A DNA stretch of 59,143 nucleotides, filler included, from Rhizaria sp. SCN 62-66 (taxonomy: Eukaryota): the NCBI GenBank assembly GCA_001724265.1. It is 2 parts of 2 records of this genome, joined end to end, with 100 filler letters (N's around TTAATTAATTAA, not from the genome) between each part and the next. Parts side by side here need not be neighbours in the genome. Positions count along the whole stretch, not along the records: positions 27,497 to 59,143 come from MEDY01000406.1; 1 more part is not named here. One strand, 5' to 3'. Positions 57,001-59,143 of this stretch are shown piece after piece. The notes beneath the pieces are model-generated. The model had not been told where the DNA came from. It worked only from the letters and a program-made list of their open reading frames with translations, and searched no databases. The stretch's first letter is position 1, and each line of letters opens with the position of its first letter. The translations under genes and the position numbers were made by a program.

Positions 57001-59143
57001 CGCGCACTCTGGCCTGCTCGAGACGGAAGGCTCGATCGTCACGCTCACCGCGGGCTCGGTTGCGGCCGAGAAAGTTTTCACCGGCTCAGCGGTTGTCAGT
57101 GCCTCTGACGCCACCGCGCCGCAGCTGGGCGACTTCCTCGGCAAGCTCGCGGACGCGCGCCTGCCAGTCAAGATCAAGCCGGGCTCCCAGGTTACGGTCG
57201 CGTGCCGTGCGGGCTACGTCGCCGTGGACGAGAACGGCGAGTCGCTGTCGATGCTGACTGCCACTGACACGTGCAGCGACAATGTGCAGTCCGCGACCGG
57301 CCTGACCTATGCCAAGTGGGCTTCTTCCGTCCTGCCCAACAAGGTCCCCGCATACGACACGATCGTGCCCGACGCGATCCCCAGCGCGTCGATGAAGAAC
57401 TTCAACTGCAAGCTTGCGCTCTGCCCCGCGATGACTCTCTCTCGCGCACGCCAGCTGCTGATGCTGCCCGACGAGGAGCAGGAGGACTACCCCGTGGCCC
57501 GCTACCAGCTCACGTACCCCACCGCGTCCTCGCTTGTCGGCGGCGGCACTGCACGCGTGGGCGCGCGCGTGCACTTGCGTTGCGCGCCGGGCTACGCGCC
57601 CTCCGCTGCGGCGACCACGGCGGGCGGCCAGCCCCGCGCGTTTGACGGCGACGGCGTGCTGGCCGCGCAGTGCCGCCAGTCGCAGCCCGGCATGCCCGCG
57701 CAGTGGTACCGCCTCAACGCCGCGCGGTGCTCTATGGACAACAACTACGACGAGGACTATCGATACATGTGGGGCCCGCTGCAGACCTTTTTCCCCAACG
57801 AGACCGACAATGCGCTGTTCCCCTACGAGAACTCCACGATGGCCGTCCGGTGCATCGATGACTTCAAGCTGCAGTACTCCCGGCTGAAGTGCGGTGCTAA
57901 CGGCGAGTGGGTTGGCGAGAAGCCTAAGTGCATCCCTCACGCCTGCGGGCCCGTGCCTGCGGTCACGTACCCCGGGCTGCGGCTCGACGCCACCACGCCG
58001 TACGACCGCGACGGCCTGGGGCCTGACCCCGACATCTACCTCGACGAGGACGACTACGCTGGGTTTTATAACATCACCGCGTGGCCGACTGGCGCCACTA
58101 TGTTCTACATGTGTCCCGAAGGCACGGTTCAGCGTGGCGTCGAATTTTCTGAAACATCGCAGTACACGCGCAACGTCAACATCAAGTGCGTGCACGACGC
58201 AGCGACGAACACCGACTCCTGGTCTATGACCTATGATCAGATCGTTGCTGCGTTCTCCTGCTCCCCAGTTGTTTGCGAGGACCTTGCCCCGTTGTTGCAC
58301 GACTACGTGGTCTCTACATCCTCCGCGGTGCAGCCGAACTCGTCGACGGCGTACCCGCAGCTGGGCTCGCACATCTCGCTCACATGCCCCGCCGGCACGT
58401 ACGGCGACGACGCCGTGCTCGTTTGCGCCAGCAGCGGCGGCTGGAACGGCCGGCTCCCCGAGTGCACTTCACGCTACGCGTGCCCCGCGCTGACGTCGGC
58501 GACCGTGGCTCGGCAGCCGCTGGCTGTGGCCGACGGCGGCGAGACGCTCGCGCCGCAGTACGTGCTCATCGACATGATCACCAGCGCCATCAACAAGACA
58601 GACGGCATGATTGTCGCCGACCGGTTCGTCGCGCCCGCTGGCAGCTACAGCTCCGGCGCCGTCGCCAAGTACTCGTGCTCGAGCGACGCGCCGCAGCCCT
58701 TCGGTCGCTCCGTAGCCCCGCTGTACCGCGTGTGTGACAGCACTACGGGCAAGTGGTCGTGGGCCGATGATGCCGCGGCCTTCGCCTGCGTGTCCGCCAA
58801 GTGCCCTGCGCTTGACACGGTCATGTCCGCGCATCACGCAGTCTACGAGGGCGTCGCCGTCACCGGCTTAACCTACAGCGACGACACGGACCTCAAGCCT
58901 GCCAGCGCCGTCACTGGCGCCGTCCCGGACCAGGTCGTCTCCGTCCGCTGCCGGAGCCCCTCGCGGCCGGTCGCCCTCGACTGGGTTCAGCTTAAGTGCG
59001 ACTCCGGGAGCCGCGAGTGGGTGTACGACTCGGTCAAGATGGCCCAGTGCCTCGACCTCCAGTGCGCGCGCCCCACGCTCGGCTCGTACATGGTCTTCAA
59101 CACGACCACGACGGCAATCACGCACACTGCGTTCGCGCGCCCG
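54006..59143 (+). CDS. Large secreted/surface protein with multiple divergent Sushi/CCP-like modules; frame discontinuity at ~54843; 3' end outside the window
   Basis: Hydrophobic N-terminal segment (FAALVSLLCLATIWFASLVSA). A second frame is stop-free from 54815 to the window end (>1400 codons, absent from the ORF track). It has repeated C...C...W...C units, e.g. VRCIDDFKLQYSRLKCGANGEWVGEKPKC and LTCPAGTYGDDAVLVCASSGGWNGRLPEC. Confidence 0.8.

Overview
Eukaryotic nuclear DNA, probably from a protist. GC-rich, Ala/Ser/Gln-rich coding regions alternate with AT-rich spacers, and the introns are few, GT-AG type. A mitochondrion-type bL25 argues against an animal or fungus. An artificial 100-nt linker (N44-TTAATTAATTAA-N44, 27397-27496) joins two sequences whose true adjacency is unknown. 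The left part holds a partial low-complexity acidic protein gene, bL25m, an EF-hand protein, API5, a GH47 alpha-1,2-mannosidase, CTNNBL1 (one clear intron) and a >3800-aa ORF with dispersed BTB/BACK-like motifs. The right part holds a truncated INO1, SFT2, a mid-SUN (SUCO/Slp1-like) protein and a 2847-aa EXO1. These are followed by a ~7.5-kb patch of disrupted genes with a MITE-like inverted repeat, and a large secreted Sushi/CCP-repeat gene running off the end. The most notable observation is a divergent minus-strand gene at ~48.9-51.9 kb. It reads as a TRIM37-like protein (RING-like, B-box, coiled coil, MATH-like) fused to a degenerate cyclophilin-like domain, a TRIMCyp-type architecture in a non-animal, and it contains an in-frame TAG. 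All family calls come from motif recognition by eye; no searches were run.
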